Origin: Balanoglossus misakiensis
Taxonomy: Eukaryota > Animalia > Hemichordata
Direction: 5' to 3'
Assembly: GCA_040954595.2 (NCBI GenBank)
Contig: CM082583.2
Span: 2,427,060 to 2,491,059 of the forward strand
DNA length: 64,000 bases
Position numbers and translations under genes: made by a program. The notes under the pieces were generated by a model. The model worked only from the letters and a program-made list of their open reading frames with translations. It was not told where the DNA came from and searched no databases. This document shows, in pieces, positions 39,334-53,005 of this stretch (its first letter is position 1; each line of letters starts with the position of its first letter).

Positions 39334-42076
39334 ATGCTGAGTTTAAAAAGCCAAGATACGGGATCTCTTGGATGGAGATTGATGAACGCGTTCATGTGTG
39401 CACTGTTTGCTCTGTTTGCTTATGTACAGGTACGTGTTGGTCATTTCCGGGTTTGGACACATTGGACCACGCCACGCTCCCTTGGGCGTGTTTGTGCAAG
39501 ATTTCATAGACTGATAATAATTTTATATCAGTCTCGGCAGTGTCAAAAATAGAGCCACAAAATGTGTTATTCCTTAATACCATAGCCAAGTCCATCGCGT
39601 TACCAAGACCTGTCACATTGTAGATCCAAAATATTTTCCAATTATTATCAATGTGTTTTGTACATGTACATGTACTTTTGGAAGCCTTTCTAGTCCAGAG
39701 TGTGGTTAAATGTTTTATTTTATAGAAAACTTAATGTCCGTGTGAACTACACCTTTCAAGGTTAAATTAAGTTTGCAGGAGTATCAGATTCATGCAAATG
39801 ATGAAGAAAAAAAATAATTTAACAAATTTTCCAAATAGAGCGAGGTTTATGATGGAAATTGGTCAGTATGAGATCAAAGGCAGTATCTATCATGCTTGTT
39901 TGGACCAGTACTGGCCGAATCGGAGCAAATAAAATGTCAGTGATGCTTATATTTTTCTTTGTTTGCAGAAAAATGATCCTGACCCAGAGTTATGGATGGT
40001 GAGTAACCGTGGTAACCATCAAATGTTCTGACTGCAGGGTATTTTATTTATGATTCATCTCCAGTCTCTCTGCAAACAGAAATGACAGCTTAACTTACTG
40101 TTGGGTGAAGGAAAACCACTGACTTTACCCTTTCTGTCAAAACAGTGGATAGAAATTACCAAGCAACATATTAGACTTCTTGAAGTTAATTTTTTTCTAA
40201 ATTCTTAGTTTGTCATGGGAACACTGTAGCTGTTATCTTTGTCAAAAAGACATATGCTAGGTGCAGAAATTTCTGTTCATTTTCTGTGCCAGTCTTTGTG
40301 AAGTAGCACATTACTGGGGTGTGTCCAATGTGCCTTGCTTCCATCAATGGAACACACTCTAATATTAATTGTAGAAATATTTCTATGTGAAATAAGTTTT
40401 CCGTGTCAGAAAAGGTACTTTATGAAATTGAAAACTGTGCAAAAAATACTGAAAGATATGTTCTTTGTTTGTTTCAGGCTCTTTACAGTATACCTGCATT
40501 GTTGTGTCTGGCTGTAGCAGTGTCCAGTCATGTGACAGGTAAGTTGACTTTTTATGATGTAATTCAAACATTAAACAAAATGTTTAAGGCAGGAAAATAC
40601 AACCATGGATGTGAATCTTGAATTTTTATATTGAGACTTCTTCAAATTGTGAAACTGATATTTTTGTGCACAAACGGTTTAATTACCCACAATGCCTTAG
40701 ATATATTCATTGTTGTTCAGTTGACATTTTAGAAATGTCATTCTGTCACAGCAAGTTAGTCTTTAACCAAAGTTTCTGAATCCTCCATCAAAGAGATGAA
40801 AGGTCAATGATTTTAATAGCTTCATGTACCACTGAGGTTAATGTGTGATGATTTTATATTTCCGCAAATCTCGTGTTTCTTGTTTAATTGTTGCGATTAA
40901 AGCAACCATAAATCGGACTACAAGACAAAACTAATTATTTCTTTGTTTTCTCTATGCAGATAATCCAATATGGCGGATAACCTGCACACTGCATGTCATT
41001 GCCATGGGTTTGCTGTCGCTGTATCTGACAAAGACGATAAAAGACAGCGAGACAGAAATGAAATTCTATGAAATGGAAGAAGCCAGGTAAGTTTAGTGTT
41101 TGATTTAAATGGTGAAAGCTGCAGTGATAAAAATTTACAGTTTTAATAAATGATGTCTACAATGTAGCCCTCACGAAATAAATTTTCAAAGCTTAGAGTC
41201 AATTTGAGAATTAAAAAATTCTCTGAGTCAGCCCTATACCTTTGCATGTAGTGTTGATAATTTTCTTGAGTCACCAGTGAGTTTGTTGGGTCAGTGGCGC
41301 CTCATATCAGCTAAGAGGGCACACTGATGTCCAGTAGAACAGAAACTGGGGGGTACTCAAAAATTGATATTTTTCATGTTTTGGCAATGGTGACAAATAT
41401 TTTGATTCTGATCAATTTCTACAATAAAATTAATAGCCACTGTTTTTATTTTTTATTCACAGAGAACTTGGTGGATTGGTTTTTGTTATGCTGTGGTTGA
41501 TCATCTGCGGAAATTCTTCAAGGTCAGTTTTGTCTCCAGATTTTTGTTGCAGTCTTAAATTATTCATAAATATACACAGGCTGTTGTCACACTTTTTTCT
41601 TTTGAGGATTTTTGTTCAAACAAATTAGAACACTTCCAGGACTAGATCGGTTTAAAGGTCTAGTGATGTGGTGTAATTTGAGGCACAATTTGTCACCTAA
41701 TCACTGTTACATGTACCATGGAAAATGCAAATACAGACAGTCACTGATTTTCAGTTAGTACGTGGCACATCCCCAAAAAGTGCCACGATGGCTATTAGAA
41801 TACTTAGACACAACCTTCGGCCATGTAAAGTCATATGAAATTTTCATATTTATAATGGTTGCAATATTTTCAGGAACATCTCTTTACCACCCTTCATTGT
41901 TGTCATATTTTTTGTTCGCCAGGTTGCGTTTGAGTTTGACATATCTGACACTTGGTTGCGCTGTGCTGGCATCGGTTCCTATCTTGCTCTGGATAGGCGT
42001 GTACATCAACACGGAGTACAGAGAGAAAATGCCGGAACACTGTAAAACTGTCATGTATGCAGATAAGGACTCGTAG
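39334..42076 (+). CDS. TMEM220: Transmembrane protein 220, six exons, intact
   Basis: Exons 39334-39429, 39969-39998, 40478-40538, 40960-41086, 41463-41522, 41923-42076 with consistent phases. Motifs WRLMNAFMCALFALFAYVQKNDPDPELW, EEARELGGL and YINTEYREKMPEHCKTV. Confidence 0.92.
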
Positions 42077-42828
42077 TGGAAATCGAAGGACCAAGGAAAA
42101 TGGCGTCCTGTCTAAGCTGGAACCTTGTGGATATATACCGTACGGAGACACTGGTGTTGACTGTGACATGCACATTGCTGTAATGTATTGCTTGGAAGCT
42201 CATGTTAGCCACAGACAACTTTGATATGGACATGCAGGTGAAAACAGTGATGCACTGCATTGTTCCAAATCTCCTGGACAATTCCTCGAACAATAGTGCT
42301 GCAGCGCATTGCCTATTGGCATAGCAACCTTAAATAACAAAGCATAGGGACTTCACCGTAGCAGTAGTGGCCAAGAGCAAAAGTGACATGGGGAAATAAT
42401 ATTGTTCCGCTATCCTGATTTAATTAAATGAATCAAACTTTGGCTCAAACCTAAATCGTGGGTAGTTTTCATAAAAAGAATTCATGATCCTAGCATTCGG
42501 AGTGTTTGACACAGGCTAAAATTTAGCAGAAGTCACATGTCAACTGACTACCAATGCTCCTTACAGACTAATAAATTTTGCAAAATGGTGGTCACCGATG
42601 ACTACCAGTAAGCGGAGCCATTTTAACTGTCAACACTCTATTACTAGAAGGCATATATGTTGCTAAAAGTTTGTAGGAAAATTTTCCCTGTCAGAATTCC
42701 ATTAATCAAATTTTCAGCCAATGTTTCATGATTTTATTTGTTTGTTTGGCAGAGTGCTTTCATTTCAATTTATAAAGTTGTGTTGTTGCTTTAGATATCA
42801 ATTGTTTTAGTATTCTGGACCGTAGTAA

Positions 42829-43325
42829 ATGACTTTCCTAGCTCAATTCAGACTTGGAATTTTTCCAGTACGATTTGAAACGGGCGGATTTGGTATATTT
42901 TACACAGAGAATGCAATGGAAGACGAATTTCACTTTCTTTTACACTGTACTTTATATAATGGAAATTTATTTGATATTACCAGCAAGCATTTTCAAGATT
43001 TTCAAGAATTGCCAGATACGGAGAAACTCAAACTCTTCCTCAATGACATGAGTCAAGGTACACCAAAACTTATTGCTAAATGGGTAACGTAAGTCCCTAC
43101 TTTACAAAGTACATGTACACTGACTGCCTATACCTTGTTTTGTCTTCAACAATTGTGTGAGTTCAGGTATTTTCAGAAACCTGTGTTAGTGTGTTTTTCC
43201 CTCTTATTTTTATGTATCCTGACTAGCAACTCGTATGAGAATGTATTTATTATTTACAGTGATGAATCAGCCCATTGTGGCTTGTCGTATTGAATTTAAG
43301 TCAATAAATAAATATCTATTTATTA
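42829..43325 (+). mobile_element. 3' remnant of a CR1/L2-group LINE
   Basis: LAQFRLGIFPVRFETG...EDEFHFLLHCTLY is the typical ORF2 C-terminal motif; AATAAA-rich tail near 43305. Confidence 0.7.
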
Positions 43326-43890
43326 AGTCAGTGATTGCGTGATTGAAATATTTTGTCAGTCTCCATGGGAAATATCTGCGCACCTTCAAAATGTATACTT
43401 TAATTCTGTCATGTTGATAAAAAGTATGCAGATTCCAATTTGCTGTTCTGATAACTATTAGCTATATGCGTGCCTTTATTAATTATAGTCAAAAAGTTAT
43501 GGCTAGTTTGGATGTATGAAGTATTTGAGCTCAGTAGCTGCTAAATGTCTAAATGTCAGCTATTCAGACAATCCAGCTCCCCCCCCCACCTCCCCCACCC
43601 CACCTCCCACCCAAACTTCAGCTTATGATTAAAGGGACACTACGGTAGCTGTAACTGTTGGCTCTATTGACAGTATTTTTGTTCTTGCACCAAATGCGAT
43701 ATAGTTTTCTACTCCAAGACCCATCCTACCGGTAATATACCGTACGGCACTAAGTACAGCTTTTGAGATTATAGCCTGTAGGTGACTGTGTGTAATGGCC
43801 ACCGAAGCCAAAAAATATAAAACCTGATATCCTGCTTATACTTTCAAACAGATTTTTGATCATAGACTTTTCTTCTATCTCATCAGCAGA

Positions 43891-44134
43891 ATGTCTGTGA
43901 AAAGTTTCCTGAAGTTGTGTTGGACAGAGCACCCAGACGGCCCCCCTGACTGTTGGAGATACGTGATCGTCATCTGTAATATCGTTGTGACGTTATTCTG
44001 CATTGGTCTGAATTATGGCATGTGGATCTTGATTGAGGGACTGAGAGACTTTTTCAGAGAATATCATGCGGTGAGAGACGAGGTGGATACAAAATGGATT
44101 GTTTATATCAGTATTTTCATGGTTGGTCTCACAG
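43891..44134 (+). CDS. First coding exon of a monocarboxylate transporter-like (SLC16/MFS) gene; no further exons seen
   Basis: PDGPPDCWRYVIVICNIVVTLFCIGLNYGMWILIE..F..TKWIVYISIFMVGLTG then a GTATGT donor. Resembles the SLC16 TM1 PDGGWGW motif and TM2. Confidence 0.6.
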
Positions 44135-45519
44135 GTATGTTGTGGTTGCATTCTAGTTTTCTGTCTCTTACCGGTACTTGGTGATTGACTGCTCATGCAA
44201 TGGCCTTACCGGAATCGCCCTTACTGCCGGGAAAAGCTGAACTTTTGGCTACATTAAATTTCAGTATTTTTGTTCTGTGTGCCAAAATTGGCAACTATGC
44301 GATTTCTTGTTCTATTCCAAACAGCATTCCTAAAAAATTAAACCCAGTACTCCACTTGTCAACATAGACTGTATGTGTGTAACTGCCATTGTTATTGTTG
44401 ACAAATGAATTCTAGTCCGGATTAGAATGCAAATTTTGCACATTAGCAATCAGCTCACTTTATACTTATAATATATACCGGTAGGTTGTGTTTTAATAAG
44501 TTGGATACTGGGTATTTCATCATGTTTCAGGGATCTGAACAAGAAACTGCAGTATAAACACACACTTAAACATACTGTAGATATAGCCAAAAGTTGCAGC
44601 GAATGAAGGTTTAATTACCACAGCTTTTATTTTGGATCGTATGACACCATGAAATTATATAAGACATTCCAAATGCAATCAGCTCACTGAAGATCACACA
44701 TGAAAAATTAATCACTTTGTTGATAAAATCTCACCTTCAAATGGGTGATGTACAATAGAAATGATGAAATAAAATGACAGTGGAATTCTGCTGACTTGGC
44801 ATGAGACATTTTCCTCCAATAAATTAAACACTCATCACTGTTTACATGTAACACAATTCAAGGCTCCTCAACGGAGAATTCAGTTCTGTTCATTTCAATC
44901 ACTCTTTATTCATCCCAAAAAGGGGAAGTAAATTGGCGGACAAAATGGACACAAGAAGTCAATTTATAACAACCAAACCTGTACAAAATGAACAGGACTT
45001 AAAAAGTCAAGTCACGTTGCATACATGTGAAACCATTCAAAAGTAGAATTCAACAGCCGCACGGTGGATGAGATTCCTTTGAATTTGAATTTGAGTTCCT
45101 TTGACGGTTTGTCTTGTAAACCGGACAGCTTACGTTGCTGCCCATTCTCAGAAGGAAGAAATTACATTTTGATTAAGCTACTAGGATCTTCAGTTGCTGT
45201 AATGCCCTGTCTACACTACGGTTGGCTGCTTCGTTCATTCTACATGTAAGAATTGTCCAATTTCAAGGATTTGTGGATGAATGTAATGTTTTTAAACAAA
45301 CAAACGACTAGACGACTGGTCCAAGCACAATCGAAATCGCATCTTTCAGGGTCTCCGTGAAATGAAATGAATTGAAGTGGCTTCGGGAACTGAACTGGGT
45401 TTTACACAAATGCTGGGCAAATACTGCCATTAACAACCACACTTCCTGTTTTTTTTATTTTGCAGTATGTTTATTTTATTTTTTATTATTATAAGAGGCA
45501 ACCTGAGATGCCGAGTGTT

Positions 45520-46122
45520 AGGGACCGTTCAGTTTTTACGGCAGGGCGGGGGGGGGGGGGGGTCGGCAAGTTTGAGTCATCGGTTTTCAAAATCAGGCCG
45601 ACCCCCCCCCCTTCACTCAGCACCAAAAAATGATGACCCCCCCCCCTTTGACAGACCCAAAAATATGATGACCCCCCCCACGCTGAAATCATTCGCCGTC
45701 CTGATCCTATGTACACGATATGCATTATAGGGAATGAGGGTTCCTACACCTCAATTCTAAATTTCTTAAAGTGATTGAAGTACATAATAGTATATCGTTG
45801 TTATAAGAATGAATTATGAATAAATTAGAATGACAAGTCAATACAATAGTTGGCAGGCGGTAGGTTTTGAAGCAAAGCGGAAGAAATACGGCTAGGACTA
45901 GGCTAGTAGGATTGGTAAAACAAGAAAAGCGTGGGGGGGGGGTGTGGGAGGGGGTGTCCCCCTGCCACACGAGAAAATTTTGTAAAATACGGTGCTCAAA
46001 GTTGCATTTGAATGAACTCAAAAGCAAATTAAGTAAATGTTAGTGAGGACAAATTTTACTTTTGCCAGTGTCCCCCTCCCTCATAAGAAAATTTTGAAAA
46101 ATAAAGGGCGCAAAACTGCAGT
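45520..46122. mobile_element. Truncated Harbinger-like element related internally to family A
   Basis: Starts tta-gggaccgttc; shares gtgggagggggtgtccccct and aaaataaagggcgc segments with 14297-15099; no right TIR. Confidence 0.55.
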
Positions 46123-46292
46123 CACAAAATCAACAACAGCACCAACCAGAGTTTCTCAGGATTTTCATATTATAGGAAATTAGGAATACTGCAAGTGAAA
46201 TTGATTGCGCCCCAACGTTGGCATCCAGTTCAATTTGATCTTGATTTTGAATGCCAATAATGATATAAATTTTCTGGTTTTTTTTATGACAG

Positions 46293-47512
46293 ACTGAGTT
46301 GATGCAGCTCATGAGTGACGGTTACAGTCAATGCAGTAGTAAAACATATACATTAATAATGAGACGTATCAGACAAAAACCCAGGTATGTAGACATAAAA
46401 GTTCCAATAGCTCTTACTTTGGGCTTGTCTTTCGTTATATATTTGTTTATATAAATCTGGAATGTCCTGTTTAACTTATTAAAATATTCATTATGCAGTT
46501 GTTACATATGATATACATGTAAGTTGCGCGTAAAAATTACCGTACAATAAAATGTGGCTGTCGAACATTGGTCCCAACTTAACGACAATACACAATACGA
46601 TAGAATTTTTACTCATTGACTTTCTGGCCTGATTTTCGCATTGTCTTGGAAGGGCATATGAAAAAGGCATATCGATTATTGGTACTCCACTTATTAGACT
46701 TTCTACTGTTTGTCAACAGCACTGCCAAGGAACTCCTGCCAGCCATCATTGATTGTCTGGATAGCAGTGACCAGAGTGTCGTCAATGTGGCTCTCCAACA
46801 TCTACCTGAGTTTGCTCTGTTGTGCCAAGGTAAGGCCTATTATGATAGTCTGAATTAAGTTCCTAATAGCATTAAAATGGGCCATCCCAAGCAGAAAGCA
46901 GTCTTATGGGAGCCCGTTACTTATGACCATAAGACCCCTTTCTGCTTGGGATGGTCCAAATGTTCCTGTTCTGAACCACTCTTGTGCTCACAGAAAGTGT
47001 CAGAATTGAACCATTATGGCTGCCATTGGCCAACGTATCAAGCATTCTGATCAGTACCGTAAATAGAGACTTCTTTTGCAAGATTAATCAAAGTTTCATA
47101 TAACGAAGAATTTACATCATAAATGTAAAATGAATGTGAAACTAGTCTGTCATTTGAAATGTGTCATAAATTTGCACTGTTTTGATAGCAGTGATCATCT
47201 TGACTTTCACATCATGCAACCAGAATCTTGATCAAATGAATTTTGCATACCTGGAATTTATATACTTGTTAGCACACTACAGCCAATGGTAGAATAGACA
47301 GTGTTGTGGCCAATAATTACAATTTTGAGTGTAAGTGGATATCTTGTCAATGCAGATCATCTGGACTTTTGTTTTGTTTCCTTTCAGAGTATGCAAATGT
47401 TTTACTGCAGAAAGCATTCATCGTTGGAATTAACACCAAGCTTGACACGGCACCCATCATAGCAGAGACTCTGCAACTGTTGAATATGGAATCAGTCACA
47501 GTGTATTCATAA
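46293..47512 (+). pseudogene. INTS1: Second partial INTS1 copy, last three exons
   Basis: Exons about 46293-46384 (TELMQLMSDGYSQC..RQKP), 46720-46829 (TAKELLPAIIDCLDSSDQSVVNVALQHLPEFALLCQ) and 47389-47512 (EYANVLLQKAF..VTVYS*). The last exon is nearly identical to 9193-9316. Confidence 0.88.
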
Positions 47513-49937
47513 AGTAAACCCTCTTACATGGACTTTAATAGTAGCGGGGAAAAATATCTCTCAGATCTTGTCGCTTTTCACACAGCAGTTCTTCATGAAG
47601 ATAGAGTCTTTTCTTTGCTTTTGTGATGGACCCTCATACATGCCCACACTGTCAGTCATAGGTCAACTGACATCTGAGGCTCAGTAATAGATTTTTTTCT
47701 ATTCTAACTCCTCTGTGCGTATTGGATTTTGAAAGAAAAAAATGACATTTCACTGAGTGATATTGACACTGATACGGAGAGATCATTGCTGATTTAAGTA
47801 TTCACAGCGAGATTAAGAATAAAGAGCATTTATAAGACGCCATTGTGTGATTCGATCTTCTGTTTTAATCTGTTACTCCCATGTTGATTCTTGGTGAGGC
47901 GGACGTTGAAAAGGCAGCCAAGTTTACCGTTGTTCCTCGCATGATGGCAGTATATACTGACCGGTGGATGCTGATGTTGGAGGACTGAGTTACCCGTTGG
48001 TGACAGAAAACTGCCATCGCCGGTACTGTCCGCACACTTCGCACTCAGTACAACGGCGCCATTGTTGAAATATTTGTATCTGGGATAATTTCTGTGAATT
48101 CTGGTAAAATTGGATTATCAAATCGTTTTCAACTTCTGTGGGCCTTTATTCCCTTTGAATAACACAGTGTTCAACATTGACATTATTTTGGACTCTGACC
48201 ATTCCTGATTTGTAGCGCTCCTACACGTCAAGTGAAATTCTTTAAGGCGTTAACATTGAAGTGCTGAATACTATAGTAGATGATTTTCCTCTCATTGCGA
48301 GATCTCGCGAGACTAGGTTGTGTTCCGTAGCAACTTGCCAAGTAATACAAGTCAAGCTTTGTATGAAATTAGAATAGGTAATGAGTTTAACAAAAATGTA
48401 ACTTTTGTGCCGTGTTTTGTTTGTGTTGTCACATGAGAATGCCCTTCCGTACAAACTTCTTAGCCAGGCGAGATCTCTCTTGGAGTTCTGAAAATTGTCT
48501 CAGTATTAGACTTCGAGATGCTCTAAATACTCCAGATTCTCTTCTGGATGATAGTACTTGCAGTAATAGTTGTCGGTATCGTCAATACGTCTGTAGGAAC
48601 AATATTCAGCATTTGCCAAAAATGTGACGTTTCCTTCTGGATGCCAGCGTATAAACATGGAAAGTTTCTCTGGGCACACCTATTGAAGAAAACAATGAAT
48701 TGTCAGTCGCACTTTTCTTGTCCTGTATACGAGAATTATTTTTTTAATTTAATAGCAAAACAACCACATTCCGAAAAGTGGCGGATAATGGTTCGGGGTC
48801 GTAATTAGAGAATTGTTCGCAAAATTATCAAGCTGGTAGAACTGGAAATTGTATGCAAAACTAGTATGGCATGTACGCCCATTCTTCCTTTTTTGAAGCC
48901 AAAATCCAATTTCTGACTTTGATATGAAATCAACACCCGGAGAGAATTGGAATAATGTTAACCTCATTATATTGAATATTTAGACAGATACCAATAGACT
49001 ACTTAAAGGGGACAAAGTCTCTCTCTCGCTGCCCTTTACCCATGATTAATTATGTTTGATACAAGGCAACGTTTATGTTATTCTACATGTGGATATATAC
49101 TAGAAGTAGAGACCGTTTTGGTGAGTTTTTCACACTCGTGTCTACAAGTGGAATGGAAGCTGTGTGTAGTCGAACGTTGATTCACTATATATCCACATGT
49201 AGAATAACATAAACAGTGTCTTGTATTAAACGTAGAAACAAACAAACGGGAAAATGGGCAAGAGAGCGACTTTGTCCCTTTAATATTCTCTTCAAACTTA
49301 CATCAAGGTCGTAGCACGTTTCGACGAGTCTGTTGTTAACGTACATGTGAAGTGTGGAATTCATGCAGCCTCTAACCAGTTCGTCATCGGATATCATGGA
49401 ACCCTGCAGTGAAATGAAGCAATGGAATAAAGAAGCAAATACAGAGTGAAGAGAGAGGAAAAGTTAATTTAAACAGGTTATATCGCATGCACGAAGGTGT
49501 TTGTATAGTGCATCGTGGACCCGCAAGTCACCACCGGGAAATTGAATCTTCCAGTGCCAGGCTACTCGTCTGCGAAATGCCATCGATGCGATATTGACCA
49601 CCTCGCCTTTCAAGTATCAGACATACAATCGCTAACATTATACATGTGTACTTGTCTAGTTACTATGCACTCGTCTTCGATTACTCCACCACACTCGTTA
49701 GGAATGCTTAGGAAAATATTATCCATAATTGTGTTTTTAAGATCTTATTTTGCTTTACCAGGCTTGTCAGTGTGTCCAACTTGTCAATCACAATGTCCAC
49801 GGCTCTGAATGTATTTGTTGGTCCGATGTAACTGCCGACAACTTTCAAAAACCTGGTCGTGTGAATCAGATCCTCATTTTACAATATGTCGGGTAACGTC
49901 ATGATCTCGTCGAAACACTCCATGCCGTGCGTTAACT
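46960..49937. repeat. Diverged segmental duplicate of about 8690-11700
   Basis: Colinear INTS1 last intron, last exon and 3' UTR, the family-B MITE (49003-49283), and a frameshifted copy of the secreted-protein exon (about 49650-49937). Confidence 0.93.
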
Positions 49938-50112
49938 CAATTCACCAGAACAAGAAAGATTGCAATAAATACATAACGCAATTCTTTAAAGTGACGCCCA
50001 CAAATTTATACTACATGTAAATTAATATGCTTCGCTTTGATATAGTTGTCCACATAGAAACAGACATGTAACAAGTTTGGCGGTTTCACTATTTAAATAA
50101 CAAATCTTGCGT

Positions 50113-50262
50113 ACCTTGCAAAAGCCTGCTAACTTTCTGTTGCTGTTGATCAGATGTGCGTTTGTAATGTTTTACGGCTTCACTTCAGTGTCCAGTCTTT
50201 TCACAGTTGAGTTGCTTGTCAATATCGGCATCATACCGGTACAGACGTATTGCTGCTGTTTG
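50113..50262 (-). mobile_element. Remnant of a tyrosine-recombinase C-terminus (Crypton / DUF3504-like)
   Basis: Minus strand translates TAAIRLYRYDADIDKQLNCEKTGH*SEAVKHYKRTSDQQQQKVSRLL, matching the AT-RL..DEQLI.E.TGHRS..V..YKR box with catalytic His and Tyr. Confidence 0.7.
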
Positions 50263-51893
50263 CGAGGAATTTCCTGGACACTACTAATACATGTACTACA
50301 GACCAGAATCAAAATGAGCCACATGACAACGTGGCACTGGTTGGCTTTTATACGACCAAAACTAATTAACACCTGGTCACGCTTATATGTTAAATAAAGC
50401 AATCAACATAGGTGCATCGGCACGAAACAAAACAAACAATAAACTTCATCACACAACCCACGGTTCACTACAAGGCTCTTTACCTTTTGCACACTGATGC
50501 GCCCTCTACCATGAGAAGGAGATGTACCACATGATGTTGTGTAGCGAATCAATTGATAATAAAATGGAGGGCACGCATTCAAACAGACCATGGGCTGTGA
50601 GTGAGTCTATCACAGACTAAACAAGCGAAATCATCATCAAAAAGCCACAGTCTAAACCATTAGTATGAAGAATAATTGTGAAGAAATAACTTTTTAAACA
50701 ATTTCATCGAGCAATCAATCAATCCACAAATTGTACAGTGATACGTACATATACTACGGAACTGATAACACGGAGAAGTTTTGAAAAATTATCAATATAT
50801 GGCAATACATTTACAAAAAAATTACCGATCATAACACCCAGTAGTCTCCGTTAGGCATTTCATGATTCCATTGTGGGCCTATTGCCCGCATCGATGAATG
50901 CGATGTCAGGAGAGTTAAATTATAAACAATATTTGTCAAAATAAAATGTTCTGCATGCTATCATATAAAAAATAAAAGTTTGCAGATAAACTTATAGCCT
51001 TACAACTAAAATTTGAATTTGCTGACTCACTATATGTACAAAACTTCACCAACATGCACTAGGCGTTATGATAATGATACCGTGCATGTGATTGACTGTT
51101 TACAAGTTACGAGTGTCATGAAGTTGACTGCCCACTACGTTCAAATTCCGAGTCCACGTCGTTTGATTCAAACAGTAAAATGGCATCGCCTTCTAATTAC
51201 CACATTCCTCGCTCACGAATAGTGGTCAAAATATGGTCACTGACAACACTTCAACATAATACAATGAAGTGTCTAAAAAAACATCTTATAAATAAATCCA
51301 GTGTTATGGCTTGTAGAGCTGATACTTCAACTTTGCGGCTGCAAAGAGGTGAGATGGATCTACCAAATTAGAGACTCGTTGAGACCCGAAGTAGTGGGAG
51401 TCAGAAGGTTTTATTTCTGGTTCAGAGGCGTTACAACACACGGTTGTCTGCAAGATGGTAGTCATGCTCAAGACATCGCTATCTACGACTTATGTCTTGC
51501 CTAAAGGTAATTGACCTATATGCACGAATGATCATCGACAGTTTATAAAATTACAGATCTCACTTAAAATTAATCATAAAAATTACAATTCTTTGATGCG
51601 ATTGAAGTTCTTCAATTTTCCCATTCCTATATATATCGTAACACCCGCACTCACATTGTTATGATTTATACTTTTAGAGATTCGGTAACATCATTCGAAA
51701 AACAACACCTTGAAAAGAATTGATGTCAAAGTTCAAAGCAGGATGAATTGCAATGGTAAACGGACAGACGGATGAGAAAGTTCATTATATGCTTGATTCC
51801 CTGGAAGCAAACACCCTTTGATATATTCTGATGAAAATCAGCTATAGAGTCAAAGCCGATATAACATTCAAGTAAACGTCAAATACAGGTAAT

Positions 51894-52565
51894 TATCATA
51901 CATGCAACGCCTGTATTTGGCACTTTCTATTGTTCTCGCCCCGAAGATATTTTACGGTATTACACTGAGCGCGATATTTTACGGCATTACACTCCGCGTC
52001 TCGAACAATTTTTGAGAACGCGCGGCACGACAGTTCGCTGCGCGTGCGAGCGACGTACGGGGCATAGGACGCTTGTGGAGAGGGGTGTTGTAAAATTCGG
52101 TTATTAGAAGCTGAAATAACGTTTTCAAAGCTGGCGGTTTTGCCATGTTGAATGAATCATTTTTACTTCTTCGAAATTCTCAATGCGAAATAATTGTTAA
52201 CATGATATTTTGAAAGAGAACGTAGACAAGTTTATTTAGAATGCGGATGTGCCCATCGTAATGAAAGCTGCCAACCCCCTTAAAATTATACTACGGCCCA
52301 CACGTCATACGTCACAACATGGCTACTGCCGTGATCCCAGCGCCTGGTTCAAATTTGAAATTGTTTTTCTCGGCGCATTTTCGCAAATCATACTGTTTTA
52401 TAGGTAGGCATGTATGATAAAGGGGTTATTACACTAATTTTGGTCGATAACGCGACGCATTCTCGTGATGTCCGTATTTCGACTCGTTGCGAAGCGCAAC
52501 TCGTCAAAATACGGACATCACTCAAATACGACGCGTTATCGACCAAAATCCGTGTAATAACCCCT
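51894..52565. mobile_element. Non-autonomous element with an asymmetric inverted repeat and a long terminal hairpin (family F)
   Basis: TATCATACATGC...GCATGTATGATA, then an imperfect hairpin of about 145 nt (AGGGGTTATTACAC...GTGTAATAACCCCT); second copy at 63243. Confidence 0.75.
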
Positions 52566-53005
52566 AAATATGCCATATATCTCTACAGATTGCCCAAAAT
52601 CTGATTAGTTAATATTTTAAATCTTCTTCCAGGAAACTGAGAAATCGCTTTGCAGCGTATATAGGTGCTAAATGATTGTTAGCGAGACAAATAATTGATA
52701 TACATGTTAATATTGTTCCCTTTGATACTCACCAGCTACGACCTTTGTGGTAGTTTCATGAGCTCAAGGGTTAATTCCGTTTTAACTTGTCAAATTATTT
52801 TGTGACATGTAGGGTTAGGGTACACATTGAATGTCCAATAATTTGCAAAATAATGTTCAGTATAGTTCGTCTATTTGCACGCGTTCCTATTTTCATCGCC
52901 CCTAATACGTTCAAATATAAGCGTTGACATCATCCATAATATATTGTAGTGAAGATAATTGAACCTGTTTTTCACTTTGAATGCAGGCGAGACACGGTTA
53001 TGGTC

